NCBI GenBank assembly: GCA_965216875.1
Contig: OZ244207.1
Coordinates: 3,360,001-3,424,000 of the forward strand
DNA length: 64,000 nt
Direction: 5' to 3'
Source: Rubripirellula sp.
Lineage (GTDB): Bacteria; Planctomycetota; Planctomycetia; Pirellulales; Pirellulaceae
Made by a program: the position numbers and the translations under genes. Each line of letters starts with the position of its first letter. The first letter of the stretch is position 1. The notes beneath the pieces were generated by a model. That model did no database searches. It was not told the origin of the DNA and worked only from the letters and a program-made list of their open reading frames with translations. Shown here one piece after another: positions 1-9,578 of this stretch.

Positions 1-153
1 AACCCCAAGCATCATCCCGCAATTCAAAAGATCAGCCTTCAGTTTTGGGACGCCTACCTTAAGGAAGATTTGGAAGCAAAGTCGTGGCTTCAGTCCCAGG
101 CCCCGATTGGCGAGTCCGACCTTTCAAACGCTGATGCTTGGCATTGGAAATGA
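1..153 (+). CDS. 3' end of a gene running in from the left edge, probably an alpha/beta (dienelactone-hydrolase-like) hydrolase
   Basis: Frame +1 is open to TGA at 151-153: NPKHHPAIQKISLQFWDAYLKEDLEAKSWLQS... The FWDAYLK helix resembles C-termini of planctomycete alpha/beta hydrolases. Confidence 0.5.
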   Translation, partial: NPKHHPAIQKISLQFWDAYLKEDLEAKSWLQSQAPIGESDLSNADAWHWK

Positions 154-203
154 ATTCGAGCGACATCGCCCAGCCCTAACCCGGTATTCTCAGCACGGGT
201 CAC

Positions 204-473
204 CTACTCAAGGAACTCATCGGAAAAGTATTGCTCCGCGGCTTCCGTGAGTGCGAGTGGCTGGCTGCCGCCACCTGTCAAGAACTCAACGACGTTAATA
301 AACGGCCAGGTCGACTTTCGCTTGTCCACAAAGCGGATCCCACTTTCGCTTCCGCGATAGTCATGCCATACGTGTGCAACTAGATGATCGTTTCGGTACA
401 CCTCATACCAGTACGCCCCGAATGAGTCTCTTGGATCCGGTGGCTGAACAATGCTGAATCGATCAGAACTCAT
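204..473 (-). CDS. small hypothetical protein
   Basis: ORF 204..551; likely ATG start at 473 (MSSDRFSIV...HDYRG...FLTGGGSQPL). Protein-like composition; no recognisable family. Confidence 0.55.
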   Translation of the reverse strand: MSSDRFSIVQPPDPRDSFGAYWYEVYRNDHLVAHVWHDYRGSESGIRFVDKRKSTWPFINVVEFLTGGGSQPLALTEAAEQYFSDEFLE

Positions 474-568
474 GACTTTGCAAATCCCCAAACAATAAGA
501 ACCGGGCGTTTGTGACTCAAACGCACACCGGACGACGAGGCCCAAATCCACAACAATTGAGCAGAGTG

Positions 569-1084
569 TCAGAGTTTGGATTGCACCTCCGCATCGAGTG
601 CCGGCAATCTACCATTGCCACCTTTTTCAGGAGGATTCAGTTGGTCCCACAAGCGTTGGGCGTCGGGCCACGAAGGGTCGCGCAGAGGCACCGATTTTAC
701 GTCAAGTTTGACACTCTTCGGTTTTGAAATCGTGTCGCCGTAAAAGACCAGTACCGAGTCATCGGCGACAACCTGATTGCCTTCTACGAAAAAACACAAT
801 CCGGCGTCAGAACGCCACACGTACTCGACCCAATCAATTGACTCTCGTTCGGACCATTGCTTTTCGGTTTCGATTTTCTGAAGACAAATGATGCGAACCC
901 GTCCCCCATTCGGTTCATGGACTGCCAAACATCGAATAAATGGTTTCTTGAATTCGGTCGGCCAGCCCGAAGTACAGACATTCAAATCCGAGTAGGTTTC
1001 CACGCGAAACAAAGGCGGGAGTACGAGAAAACTATTAGCCCCCACGGCAACTGCAACAAATAGCGAACGCAAGCCATACTTCAT
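569..1084 (-). CDS. hypothetical protein with N-terminal hydrophobic/signal segment
   Basis: 171-aa ORF starting MKYGLRSLFVAVAVG, typical of planctomycete membrane-anchored hypotheticals. Confidence 0.55.
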   Translation of the reverse strand: MKYGLRSLFVAVAVGANSFLVLPPLFRVETYSDLNVCTSGWPTEFKKPFIRCLAVHEPNGGRVRIICLQKIETEKQWSERESIDWVEYVWRSDAGLCFFVEGNQVVADDSVLVFYGDTISKPKSVKLDVKSVPLRDPSWPDAQRLWDQLNPPEKGGNGRLPALDAEVQSKL

Positions 1085-1286
1085 GTGCCCTTAGACCCTC
1101 GCCACAAACGGTTTCATGCCGACTATCAGTCGACATGTAGGAATGCAATGAAAGCGAGCACCCTACCACACCGTCAATTCCGAGGTTGATGAAGTTCTTG
1201 CGCGAGGGTGACTTTCGCCGAACTTGCAAAGCCCGGCCGCGCACGCGATCGCGGCTCAAAGGATGACTCGGAAAATCGCTGGCACA

Positions 1287-2546
1287 CTAGAACGTGAACG
1301 TCCCTGAACTCGAGCCGAACTTGTCCGTTTCGACTCCAACGTTGTTGAGTAGATTCACGAACAGGTTGCACAGCGGTGTGTTGTCTGTCCGGCTTCCTGA
1401 GCGGACAACCTTTCCGTGTCCAAATCCGCCGCCCGAGACGAGGATGGGAAGATTGGTCGGATCGTGTGCGTTGGCGTTTCCGAGATTGCTTCCGAAAAGC
1501 ACTGACGTGTGATCGAGCAACCTCGCGTCCCCTTCCGATTTCTTCATCGACGCAAGTAGTTCGCCATAACAACCCAGCAGCCGACTCTCGATCAGTTTGA
1601 GTTGCTTGATCTTGTCGGGATCTTGGCCGTGATGGCTCAGGTTGTGGTGTTCGGACGTGACCCCTTCGATGGTTGGAACCACTCCATGGTCTTGGATCAC
1701 CATCGCGATCACCCGAGTCGAGTCGGTTTGCAGGATCAGCGGGATCAGATTCATCAACGTGCTGGTACGACCGATCAGGTCACGGCGATCGGCGACGTCA
1801 GCGGGAGGCTCGGCATCGACCTTTGGCTTTGGCTTATCGAGCCACTCTTGGCGCGTCTTCAAGTCGGCCTCGGCCAAACGGATCGCTTCAAAGTACTCAT
1901 CAAGCTGTCGGTGATCGCGATCACTCGTTTTGCGTTTGAGCTCACGCGTTTGCTCGGCAACGGAATCGAGAATACTGCGTCCGTTGGCGAGTCGGTATCG
2001 TTGCAACCCGACCTGCGAGCGACTCCCTGAAAGGAACAACTGCGAAAAGATCTCAGATGGCTTGTCGTGAGCAGGGATCATCACCCCGTTTCTCGTATAC
2101 GACTGACTCTTGACCGTGTTCGTGCTAAGCGACAGTGACGGAAAACGCGTTGCATGACCAAGCTCTTCGGCAGCGACCTGATCCACCGAAATCGAGTTCT
2201 TGAACCCGCCCAATCCAGGATTACGCGCCGACGACAACCAAGTCATTTCGGTATCGTGCGGCTGTTTTCCATTTTGGTCGGGATGTGACAAACCTGAGAT
2301 GAGGGTGAAATCATCGCGATGCTCGCTGAGCAAGCTCAGGTATTCCGTCTTTGCATCCTCAGGAGCATCCGACTTTGGAAACAGAGATGGCGGGTGCAAC
2401 CCTAGCGTGTTGCAAATCAAAACCATCCGTTTCGGTGGCGTCTGAGTGGCACTGGCCAGCGCAGGACTCATCGTCTCGAGCAGTGGCAATGCGATCGCGA
2501 TGCCCGATGACTTCAGCAAAAAACGGCGGCTAATCGGAGTGTGCAT
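1287..2546 (-). CDS. DUF1552 family protein, Tat-exported
   Basis: SRRFLLK twin-arginine signal, ALPLLETM, ISVDQVAA, LQTDSTRV, HHNLSHH, LLDHTSVLFGSNLG..H...LP and PLCNLF motifs. Confidence 0.9.
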   Translation of the reverse strand: MHTPISRRFLLKSSGIAIALPLLETMSPALASATQTPPKRMVLICNTLGLHPPSLFPKSDAPEDAKTEYLSLLSEHRDDFTLISGLSHPDQNGKQPHDTEMTWLSSARNPGLGGFKNSISVDQVAAEELGHATRFPSLSLSTNTVKSQSYTRNGVMIPAHDKPSEIFSQLFLSGSRSQVGLQRYRLANGRSILDSVAEQTRELKRKTSDRDHRQLDEYFEAIRLAEADLKTRQEWLDKPKPKVDAEPPADVADRRDLIGRTSTLMNLIPLILQTDSTRVIAMVIQDHGVVPTIEGVTSEHHNLSHHGQDPDKIKQLKLIESRLLGCYGELLASMKKSEGDARLLDHTSVLFGSNLGNANAHDPTNLPILVSGGGFGHGKVVRSGSRTDNTPLCNLFVNLLNNVGVETDKFGSSSGTFTF

Positions 2547-5023
2547 CAGCGGTTCCTGAACATGCGAGAGTCGATCACTTGATGGATCATTGTTCGTATC
2601 GGATACCCATCCTCTTTTGAGTCGGCGAGTATCTTCCTGACGACCTCACGATCGGCGAATTGAATTTCGCCGCCGGTCGAAAAGGCGATCAGGTTGGACA
2701 ACAAATTGCGGGCAACCTGCTCTTGTGACTTAAGAAGGTGCTGTTTGTATTGACGAATGCCGTCAAACTCATCGCCGTCAACGGTCTCGCCCGACGAATC
2801 CACGTCGAGGCCGAGATCATATTCCTTGTGCAAGAATCGAAGCCCGACGTTCACTTCCCGTCGAATCCCCTTGCTGTTTCGATACCGCTTGCGATAGTTG
2901 CCAATCGGATCAAAGCATTCAAGTGCAAAACCGGGCGGGTCAATGTGGCGGTGACATGCCGCACACTGCGCAACGGCCTGATGCTTCTTGAGTGTCTCTC
3001 GAATGGTTGTCGCGCCACGTGTGTCTGGTTCGATCGAACCAACGTTGGGCGGCGGCGGACTCGGAGGTAGGCCAAGCAGGTTTGCCAACACGAAGCTGCC
3101 ACGTTTTACCGGGGTGGTGACAGTGCCATTGGCCGTCACTTTGGCGATTGAAGCGTGCGACAAGATTCCTCCACGCACACTTCCGGCGGGCAGTCGGACT
3201 TTGCGAAACTCTTCGCCCACCACGCCTTCGATTCCATAATGCTCGGCAAGTTTTCGATTCAAGAACGTAAAGTCCGAATCAATCAGGTGCGAAACGCTGA
3301 GATCTTCTTCGATCAAATGAGCAAAGAACTCACGAGTTTCGGCCAACATCGCCGCGCGCAGCAAGTCATCGTATTCGGGATACAGATAGGTATCGGGCGT
3401 GGTCGCGTCGATATGATCAAGGTCCAACCATTGATCAAGGAACGAATCCACGAACCGCCGAAACTTGCGATCCTTGACCATCCGGTTCACATGTTTCTTG
3501 AGCTCGTCGTCATTACTGAGTTTCCCCTCCGCTGCAGCCTCAAGCAGCTCGTCATCGGGAATGCTCCGCCACAAGAACGACGCCAATCGACTGGCCAAGT
3601 CGGCAGGTTTCAATTGGCCGGGATCTCCCGTTTGGAAAACCAATTCTGGTGAAACGAGGATTGCCCGTAGTGGAATCCTAGTCGCTGCGACAAGATCGCC
3701 ACTCGAGTCCAACACCGGTTTTGCAAGCGCGACAAACTCATCCACTTCATCGCTTGTCACTTCACGACGAAAGGCGCTCCGGCCGAGGCTTGCGATCGAT
3801 GCGCGAACATGTTCGATCGGCGTCTGAGAAAGAATGGGTTCATAGATGCGATACCATGTTTTGGTTTCGCTCTCGTCCGTCCATTCAATACCCGGAAAAA
3901 GATCACGTGTGCGTTGGGGTGGCCAAGCCGATTCGAGAGGCCCTTTCACGGAGACGTGGCGAATCTTGACGCCTTCACCACCAAAGGCACTCGCTGGCTG
4001 CGAATTGTAGATAATGCCCCCGTTGGGCGCTGGCTCGAGTTCATCGGCACTGACGTAGATGTAATCATCAGGACGCAAATAGGCTTCAACGCTCGCCTCG
4101 CGATAATCGGAGCCGACCAGGTCCCAAGCGGCGAGCAAGGCACTGTCGCCCTGGTTGTCATTTTGCCGCTTCATACTGACGGATACCGACGAGCGGGGCT
4201 GATGCGCTGCCGCTTTGACCGTGATCAGGTAGTTACCCGCGACCGGCGGTAGAAACCCGTTGGCATCGGATCGAAACACGAAATTCTCACCACGAAAGGT
4301 CACCACGTCCTTGTCGGTTTTGAAGACCGTGCCACCGCCCCGACGGACTGGACGATCGACCCACATCTGGATGTAGTCGTTGCCGAGATAGTCAATCTTC
4401 CGATCCCCCATCGGCGGCTTCTTGCCCAACTGAATCGCTTCGTAAAGGGCGAGGTCCGCGGCCCGCAGAAGCCCCTTCACATGGACTGCCGACATCTCTT
4501 GGTTCGCCGCCACGACATCGAACGAAGCCGATTCGTTCTCAGGCGGCAAATGTTTCGCGTAGTTGCCGCCAATGCCAAGCAAGTCGTGCAACGTGTACTC
4601 GTATTCTTGACGCGTCAGTCGCCGAGAAGGAACACGGCCGTGAATCTGTTGCTGCTTCAAGCTCGCGTCATGAAGATGTTTCTGGAGAACGTCTAGGATC
4701 TCACGACGCTCCTCTTTGCTGGGTTGATCGGCGTCACTCGGAGGCATCTCGCCGCGATCGATCCGATCAAAAACCTTTTCCCAAACGCGAAGTGCAACCT
4801 CATCGCTGGGATCGCCTCCTAACGAGGTCAAGTCGAGACGCGTTTCGGTGTCAGCATCATGGCAATCAATGCATGAAGACTCGACGAACGGCGCAAGTCG
4901 CTCCGACAAATCGATCGCAGACGCCGGCGCCGACCACAAGACGCTCATCAAAACGGCCGCGGCGGATACAACCCGACGCAATGCAGCGAGACGCATCAAA
5001 AACACTTTGCCAGTCTTTGTCAT
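2546..5023 (-). CDS. DUF1592/DUF1588/DUF1587/DUF1595/DUF1585 planctomycete cytochrome c protein (2 CxxCH)
   Basis: Signal peptide, CIDCH...GEMPP, RRLTRQEY, LASRLASFLWRSIPD, FLDQWL, TTPVKRG, PPSPPPP and CAACH..IDPPGFALE. Overlaps the DUF1552 start by 1 nt. Confidence 0.9.
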   Translation of the reverse strand: MTKTGKVFLMRLAALRRVVSAAAVLMSVLWSAPASAIDLSERLAPFVESSCIDCHDADTETRLDLTSLGGDPSDEVALRVWEKVFDRIDRGEMPPSDADQPSKEERREILDVLQKHLHDASLKQQQIHGRVPSRRLTRQEYEYTLHDLLGIGGNYAKHLPPENESASFDVVAANQEMSAVHVKGLLRAADLALYEAIQLGKKPPMGDRKIDYLGNDYIQMWVDRPVRRGGGTVFKTDKDVVTFRGENFVFRSDANGFLPPVAGNYLITVKAAAHQPRSSVSVSMKRQNDNQGDSALLAAWDLVGSDYREASVEAYLRPDDYIYVSADELEPAPNGGIIYNSQPASAFGGEGVKIRHVSVKGPLESAWPPQRTRDLFPGIEWTDESETKTWYRIYEPILSQTPIEHVRASIASLGRSAFRREVTSDEVDEFVALAKPVLDSSGDLVAATRIPLRAILVSPELVFQTGDPGQLKPADLASRLASFLWRSIPDDELLEAAAEGKLSNDDELKKHVNRMVKDRKFRRFVDSFLDQWLDLDHIDATTPDTYLYPEYDDLLRAAMLAETREFFAHLIEEDLSVSHLIDSDFTFLNRKLAEHYGIEGVVGEEFRKVRLPAGSVRGGILSHASIAKVTANGTVTTPVKRGSFVLANLLGLPPSPPPPNVGSIEPDTRGATTIRETLKKHQAVAQCAACHRHIDPPGFALECFDPIGNYRKRYRNSKGIRREVNVGLRFLHKEYDLGLDVDSSGETVDGDEFDGIRQYKQHLLKSQEQVARNLLSNLIAFSTGGEIQFADREVVRKILADSKEDGYPIRTMIHQVIDSRMFRNR

Positions 5024-7506
5024 TGCCCCGCTTGCTCACTCGATTGCAGGTAGGCAACCAGATCCAGGATTTCGTCTGCAGTGAAAGTATCAAGCAGGCC
5101 AACCGGCATCGACGATACATCCGCGGTCTGTCGCTTTTCGATCGCATCTTTGTCGATCATTTCCACCTTTTCCGGCTTCAGGAGGTTGGGCACCATTTTG
5201 ATATGATCCTTCGTCTCTTCGACCACGACGCCCGTCAACATTCGACCGTCGTCGACCAAGAACATCTGTGTTTGAAAGTCCTTGTGAATGTCGGTCGACG
5301 GGTTCACGATTTGCTGCAACAGTTTCGATCCCTTGAGTCGCTTGGTCACCTCGGCAAAATCGGGGCCGTACTTCGCTCCCTTTCCACCGATGGAATGGCA
5401 ACGGTTACAGGCCGCCTGTTCATAAACCAGTCTTCCGTTCTTGAGCGAACGGTTCGAAAGATCATCAGCGGCCCTTCCGAAGTAATGGTGCTGCCACTTT
5501 TTCACAAAACGTCGCGGAGCCTTGTCGTCGGACTTGTCGCTCGCGACGTGATTGAGGATCCGAACAAACATCTGCCCGTCGCGGTTGCGGTCAGGATAGT
5601 GCTGACGGAATTCATGCCACAACCGACCGACGCGGCCTCGCTTGTGGTTGGGCAGGTTTGACATCACCGCGTCGACATACTGCTGGTGCGGCTGCGACAG
5701 GTAGGCGGCGGGCAGTTCATTCTTTTCGATTTTTGCCAACAGGGCTCGGTTGTCTGTGACTGGCTTGGGCGACGACGCCAAGTTTCCGATGTCATGCTTC
5801 GAGTCGTAGAACTTGCCAACGAGTTTGAGACCGCGTTGGTCGTCCACCTCCTGTGGAAGAGCAATACGAATCACTGCACCGACCCCGCGTTCCATATGGC
5901 GAGCTGGTCCCGACGTGCTTGTCCAAACGTTGCCGTCATCGTCGAATTCGATCTCACGTGTGTAAGACACTCGCGTCGGCAGCGGTATCTCGACCAGCGT
6001 CTCGGTGACTGGATCAAAGCGATTGATCGTGTCGTTGCCTGTGCCGCAAATCCAGACGATTCCCTTTGCATCAACGTTCAATGCATAGGGGATTTGGTTT
6101 TCGGCGTCGGGCAGATCGTAAACGGTCCATGATTCGGCACTGGGGTCAAACTTTGCAAAGACACCCGATCCAAAGCCTGGCACCCACACCATTCCGTCCG
6201 GCGCGACGTGCAATCGACGTGGTCCGCGAAACGGTGGATTCCATTCTTTGATGTCGCCATCATCAGCATTTGGATCGATACGCCCGATTCGGTTGCCGTT
6301 CAGCTTTGAATACCAAATCATGCCATCGATTGGCGAGAAATCGATGCCATACGGTGTGATGCCGCGAGATTCGCCGCGGCCGGCACCAATCGCCTGGCCG
6401 GCACTGAGCAGTTTGTATTCTTTGACCACATGGGTTGTCGGATGGATCGAAAAACAGGAATTCGATCCCGCGTCGGTGTACCAAATCAACCCTTCGGGGT
6501 CTTTGGGATTGATCCGAAGGGTGTGTGGGTAGTTGCCTCGACGTCTCGGCGCCTCGGCACTGCTAAAGGTCTCAAACTCTTTCGTCTTCAAGTCGAAGCG
6601 CACCATCTGGCCGCTGCCACACATCGTTGTCCAGAGACTGTCATCGTTGGCCGACTCGATCGAGTGTGGACCATACGATCGAGCGGGGTAGCGATAAGTC
6701 GTCTGCTCGCCCGTATCGGGATTGAGTGCGATCATTCGCTGCTTGCTGATGTTGACCGCATAGACCAAACCATCACGCCCGATCTCTAAATCGTGAAACG
6801 AACCTTGAAGTGGCTTGTCCATTTCCCACATGGTGATCGTCGCTTTGGCAGCCAGCCCGCTGGGCGCAGGTGGCGGCTCAAAGGCTGGCCAACGGTCAAC
6901 GGCATTGTCGCGATACGTTTCCATCAATCGTTTGACGATCGTATCTTGAGTGTGCTGGTACAGACCGCCGAATCCATCCATCCGCCGAATCATCGTTTCC
7001 CAATCGACCGGTTCTTCGGGCGTCCGAAAACCGAGCGTGCCAATTTGGTGACAGTACGAGCACATCATTTTGAAGTTCAACTTGTCACGCGGGTCATCAA
7101 ACGCGAGCATGCTAAACGCGCTGCTGGCCGGGCGTTGTGCTTCGAGTTCAGCGCCCTCTGCGAGATGTGTTTCAATCACCAAATCGCCTGTGCCTGCGGT
7201 GACGTCACTGATCCACTCGTCACCAAGTCCCATGCGGCGGGTTCGTACGCTATGGTCGACGTCACGCAAATCGCTTACCGAAAAGGTGCCATCCTCATTT
7301 GTGAAGACCGACACCCACTTGCGATGCTCGTCGTCGATCGCAGAAACCATCACGCCGCCGACGCCAGTTCCCGACGAATCGACAACACGTCCCGAAATGG
7401 AACGTGATGTGTCCGATTGGGCGAACAACGGCGTGCCCGTCATCGACAGCAACGCTGCAACGGCACACGAGAACCAGCGATCGCATCTTCGCACGGAAAG
7501 GTTCAT
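5020..7506 (-). CDS. exported multidomain protein: carboxypeptidase-regulatory-like domain + cytochrome c + Vgb (virginiamycin B lyase)-type beta-propeller + C-terminal Pirellula-type heme c domain
   Basis: ISGRVVDSSG..V.GV.V, CSYCH, propeller repeats (PHSI, PHTLR, PYGIDF, PRRL, PYAL, TREI), and GRLVYEQAACNRCH...GPD...SSMPVGLL...LVAYL. Confidence 0.8.
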   Translation of the reverse strand: MNLSVRRCDRWFSCAVAALLSMTGTPLFAQSDTSRSISGRVVDSSGTGVGGVMVSAIDDEHRKWVSVFTNEDGTFSVSDLRDVDHSVRTRRMGLGDEWISDVTAGTGDLVIETHLAEGAELEAQRPASSAFSMLAFDDPRDKLNFKMMCSYCHQIGTLGFRTPEEPVDWETMIRRMDGFGGLYQHTQDTIVKRLMETYRDNAVDRWPAFEPPPAPSGLAAKATITMWEMDKPLQGSFHDLEIGRDGLVYAVNISKQRMIALNPDTGEQTTYRYPARSYGPHSIESANDDSLWTTMCGSGQMVRFDLKTKEFETFSSAEAPRRRGNYPHTLRINPKDPEGLIWYTDAGSNSCFSIHPTTHVVKEYKLLSAGQAIGAGRGESRGITPYGIDFSPIDGMIWYSKLNGNRIGRIDPNADDGDIKEWNPPFRGPRRLHVAPDGMVWVPGFGSGVFAKFDPSAESWTVYDLPDAENQIPYALNVDAKGIVWICGTGNDTINRFDPVTETLVEIPLPTRVSYTREIEFDDDGNVWTSTSGPARHMERGVGAVIRIALPQEVDDQRGLKLVGKFYDSKHDIGNLASSPKPVTDNRALLAKIEKNELPAAYLSQPHQQYVDAVMSNLPNHKRGRVGRLWHEFRQHYPDRNRDGQMFVRILNHVASDKSDDKAPRRFVKKWQHHYFGRAADDLSNRSLKNGRLVYEQAACNRCHSIGGKGAKYGPDFAEVTKRLKGSKLLQQIVNPSTDIHKDFQTQMFLVDDGRMLTGVVVEETKDHIKMVPNLLKPEKVEMIDKDAIEKRQTADVSSMPVGLLDTFTADEILDLVAYLQSSEQAGQ

Positions 7507-9575
7507 TCAAAATCTCCGGTATTGTCCATTACGGTCGCTTGCAGAATCTGTTTTCGAAAATCGGCCTCAGACACATCGCCTAGCGAGCCGACGAAGGCGT
7601 GCAGTTGTTTCAATTCGTGATCGGTCAAGCTGTAGTCGTCGTGGGTTGGGGCCGCCAACACATCGCTCAATTGACTTGGCGAAAGGCTGAGGTTTCGCAG
7701 CGACGGTACGCTTTCACCATCGCCAAGGTCTGAGAATTGATGACAGCTATAGCAATGCCCGAGCTTGTTCGCACCGGCGGCATGCAGAGAGGTCTTGAAG
7801 CCTTCGTACGCCCGCTGCCCCATACCCGGCGGCAACTTCACAAGGACGCGACCTTCTTGATTTGCCAGCCGACCAAGGATTCGGCCAGCCAAGTCTTCGT
7901 GCGTTTCGTCCACTTCCCGTTCGATAGGGATTCGATTGACGTAGACGAACGCATCAAAGGGCGAACGTTTTGTTGAAGTTAACCGATGGATCGTTTTCTT
8001 TTTCGCGTCAGTTCCCCAATCGGGAGCTTCTTCAAGAACGTCACCATGAACCGCGAGGACATGCTGCTTGAGGCGACGGGCAAGGTCAGGCTTTTTGGTG
8101 ATAAGGTTGTGTTGCTGCCCAGGATCGACTGACAGATCGTACAACTCGAATCGAGCCGTCCCGCCGAACCCGTCCTTGATCAACGGAATCCAAGACTCTT
8201 GGAAAGTGTTGAGCATCACGAACTTGCTACGCAGCTTTTTCCATTCCGGCGTATTGAGCGGACTGTTGTAACACTGATGCCAAAGCTCAGACCTCGACAA
8301 GGGGCGTCCGACTTCTTGCTCGAGGATTTCGCCCATCGCCGCCATCACCGAATCGATCGCGGCCTTGTCTTTGGGATACTCGGCCTCGCGAAACCCGACG
8401 AGCGAGTAATTCCCGTGACGAATCGCGACAACGGGCTGGCTTGTTGGCGAATGCCACGTGAGTGGACGCGATCGTTGGAAGCCCGTTTCTTCGCGGCGCA
8501 GGACGCCCGACAAGTCGACACCATCCAGCGGCACATTCTTGGGCGGGTCGATTTGAAGCAGGCCACAGATCGTTGGCACAAGGTCGATCGCGCCGGCAGG
8601 CGTCTCTTCAACAAAACCGGGCGTGATCCCACTTGGCCAGCAGACAATTCCCGGCGTCCGCAAACCGCCGTCGTAGAGCGAGCCTTTTCCGGCGCGGAAA
8701 CCGCCGTTGCGTTCGTGGCGATAGCTGCCATGATCCGATGTGTAGATCACGATCGTGTCGTTGAACTCACCAATCTCTTTCAGCTTGCTGATCAACCGCG
8801 AGATCGCTCGGTCGGTGTTGTCGATGGTCGCTGAATAGATCGCCGCTTGATCGGCTCGGTCGCCATAGTCCGAGACGATTTCAGGTGGAGCGGCCAGTGG
8901 CGCGTGCGGCTCGTGAAACCAAAGGTTCAAAAAGAAGGGTCGTTTTGGATCGCGATGTTGGTCGAGCCAAGTGGTCGCTTCGTCCACCACCAGATCGCAA
9001 GCGTATCCTTCGAGCGGGCCAACACGTTTGCGGTTTCGCCAAAAATTGGTCGGGTTCCGATGCGAGGGAGCCGCGTTCAAGTCGGTCGCAAACCAATGGT
9101 CGAACCCGTGCTCGTCAATCCAAGGCTTGTCCATTGACCGAAACGGAGTGCCAAGGTGCCATTTACCTGAGTGAACGGTCTGGTAGCCATTTTGCTTGAG
9201 AAGTTCTGCAAGCGTCACTTCATCGCGTCGCAGATGCATCTGGTGCACATGATCTTGAATCACCGTGTAGACGCCGGTGCGCAAATGATGCCTTCCGGTA
9301 AGCAGCACCGCGCGAGACGTCGAACAGACCGGTGCCCCTGCGTAGAAGTTGGTGAAGCGAACACCTTGCGCCGCGAGCGCATCCAAAGCAGGTGTCTTGA
9401 CGGGGCCACCGTAACATCCAAGATCACCGCATCCCAAGTCGTCGGCCAACAGCACGACGACATTCGGATTCCGCTCGTCCGCGACGACGCCGTTGGCTGC
9501 CTGTGAGAGACAAGCAATCAAAAAGCACGATGCGATCAAGAACGTTCGAGCGAAACTCATGATACGAAATGGCAA
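7503..9575 (-). CDS. arylsulfatase-family sulfatase with C-terminal CxxCH extension
   Basis: PNVVVLLADDLG, CSTSRAVLLTGR, GKWHLG, EPHAP, TSDHG, GKGSLYDGGLRTP and ELYDL; extra C-terminal region with CYSCH. Confidence 0.9.
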   Translation of the reverse strand: MPFRIMSFARTFLIASCFLIACLSQAANGVVADERNPNVVVLLADDLGCGDLGCYGGPVKTPALDALAAQGVRFTNFYAGAPVCSTSRAVLLTGRHHLRTGVYTVIQDHVHQMHLRRDEVTLAELLKQNGYQTVHSGKWHLGTPFRSMDKPWIDEHGFDHWFATDLNAAPSHRNPTNFWRNRKRVGPLEGYACDLVVDEATTWLDQHRDPKRPFFLNLWFHEPHAPLAAPPEIVSDYGDRADQAAIYSATIDNTDRAISRLISKLKEIGEFNDTIVIYTSDHGSYRHERNGGFRAGKGSLYDGGLRTPGIVCWPSGITPGFVEETPAGAIDLVPTICGLLQIDPPKNVPLDGVDLSGVLRREETGFQRSRPLTWHSPTSQPVVAIRHGNYSLVGFREAEYPKDKAAIDSVMAAMGEILEQEVGRPLSRSELWHQCYNSPLNTPEWKKLRSKFVMLNTFQESWIPLIKDGFGGTARFELYDLSVDPGQQHNLITKKPDLARRLKQHVLAVHGDVLEEAPDWGTDAKKKTIHRLTSTKRSPFDAFVYVNRIPIEREVDETHEDLAGRILGRLANQEGRVLVKLPPGMGQRAYEGFKTSLHAAGANKLGHCYSCHQFSDLGDGESVPSLRNLSLSPSQLSDVLAAPTHDDYSLTDHELKQLHAFVGSLGDVSEADFRKQILQATVMDNTGDFE

Positions 9576-9578
9576 CGA

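Noticed and set aside
204..1084. Two small orphan ORFs as integron cassettes or immunity genes
   Set aside because: No attC-like repeats, integrase or toxin gene recognisable nearby.
5020..7506. Streptogramin resistance gene (vgb)
   Set aside because: Only the propeller fold is shared; export signal, heme domains and operon context argue against a resistance role.
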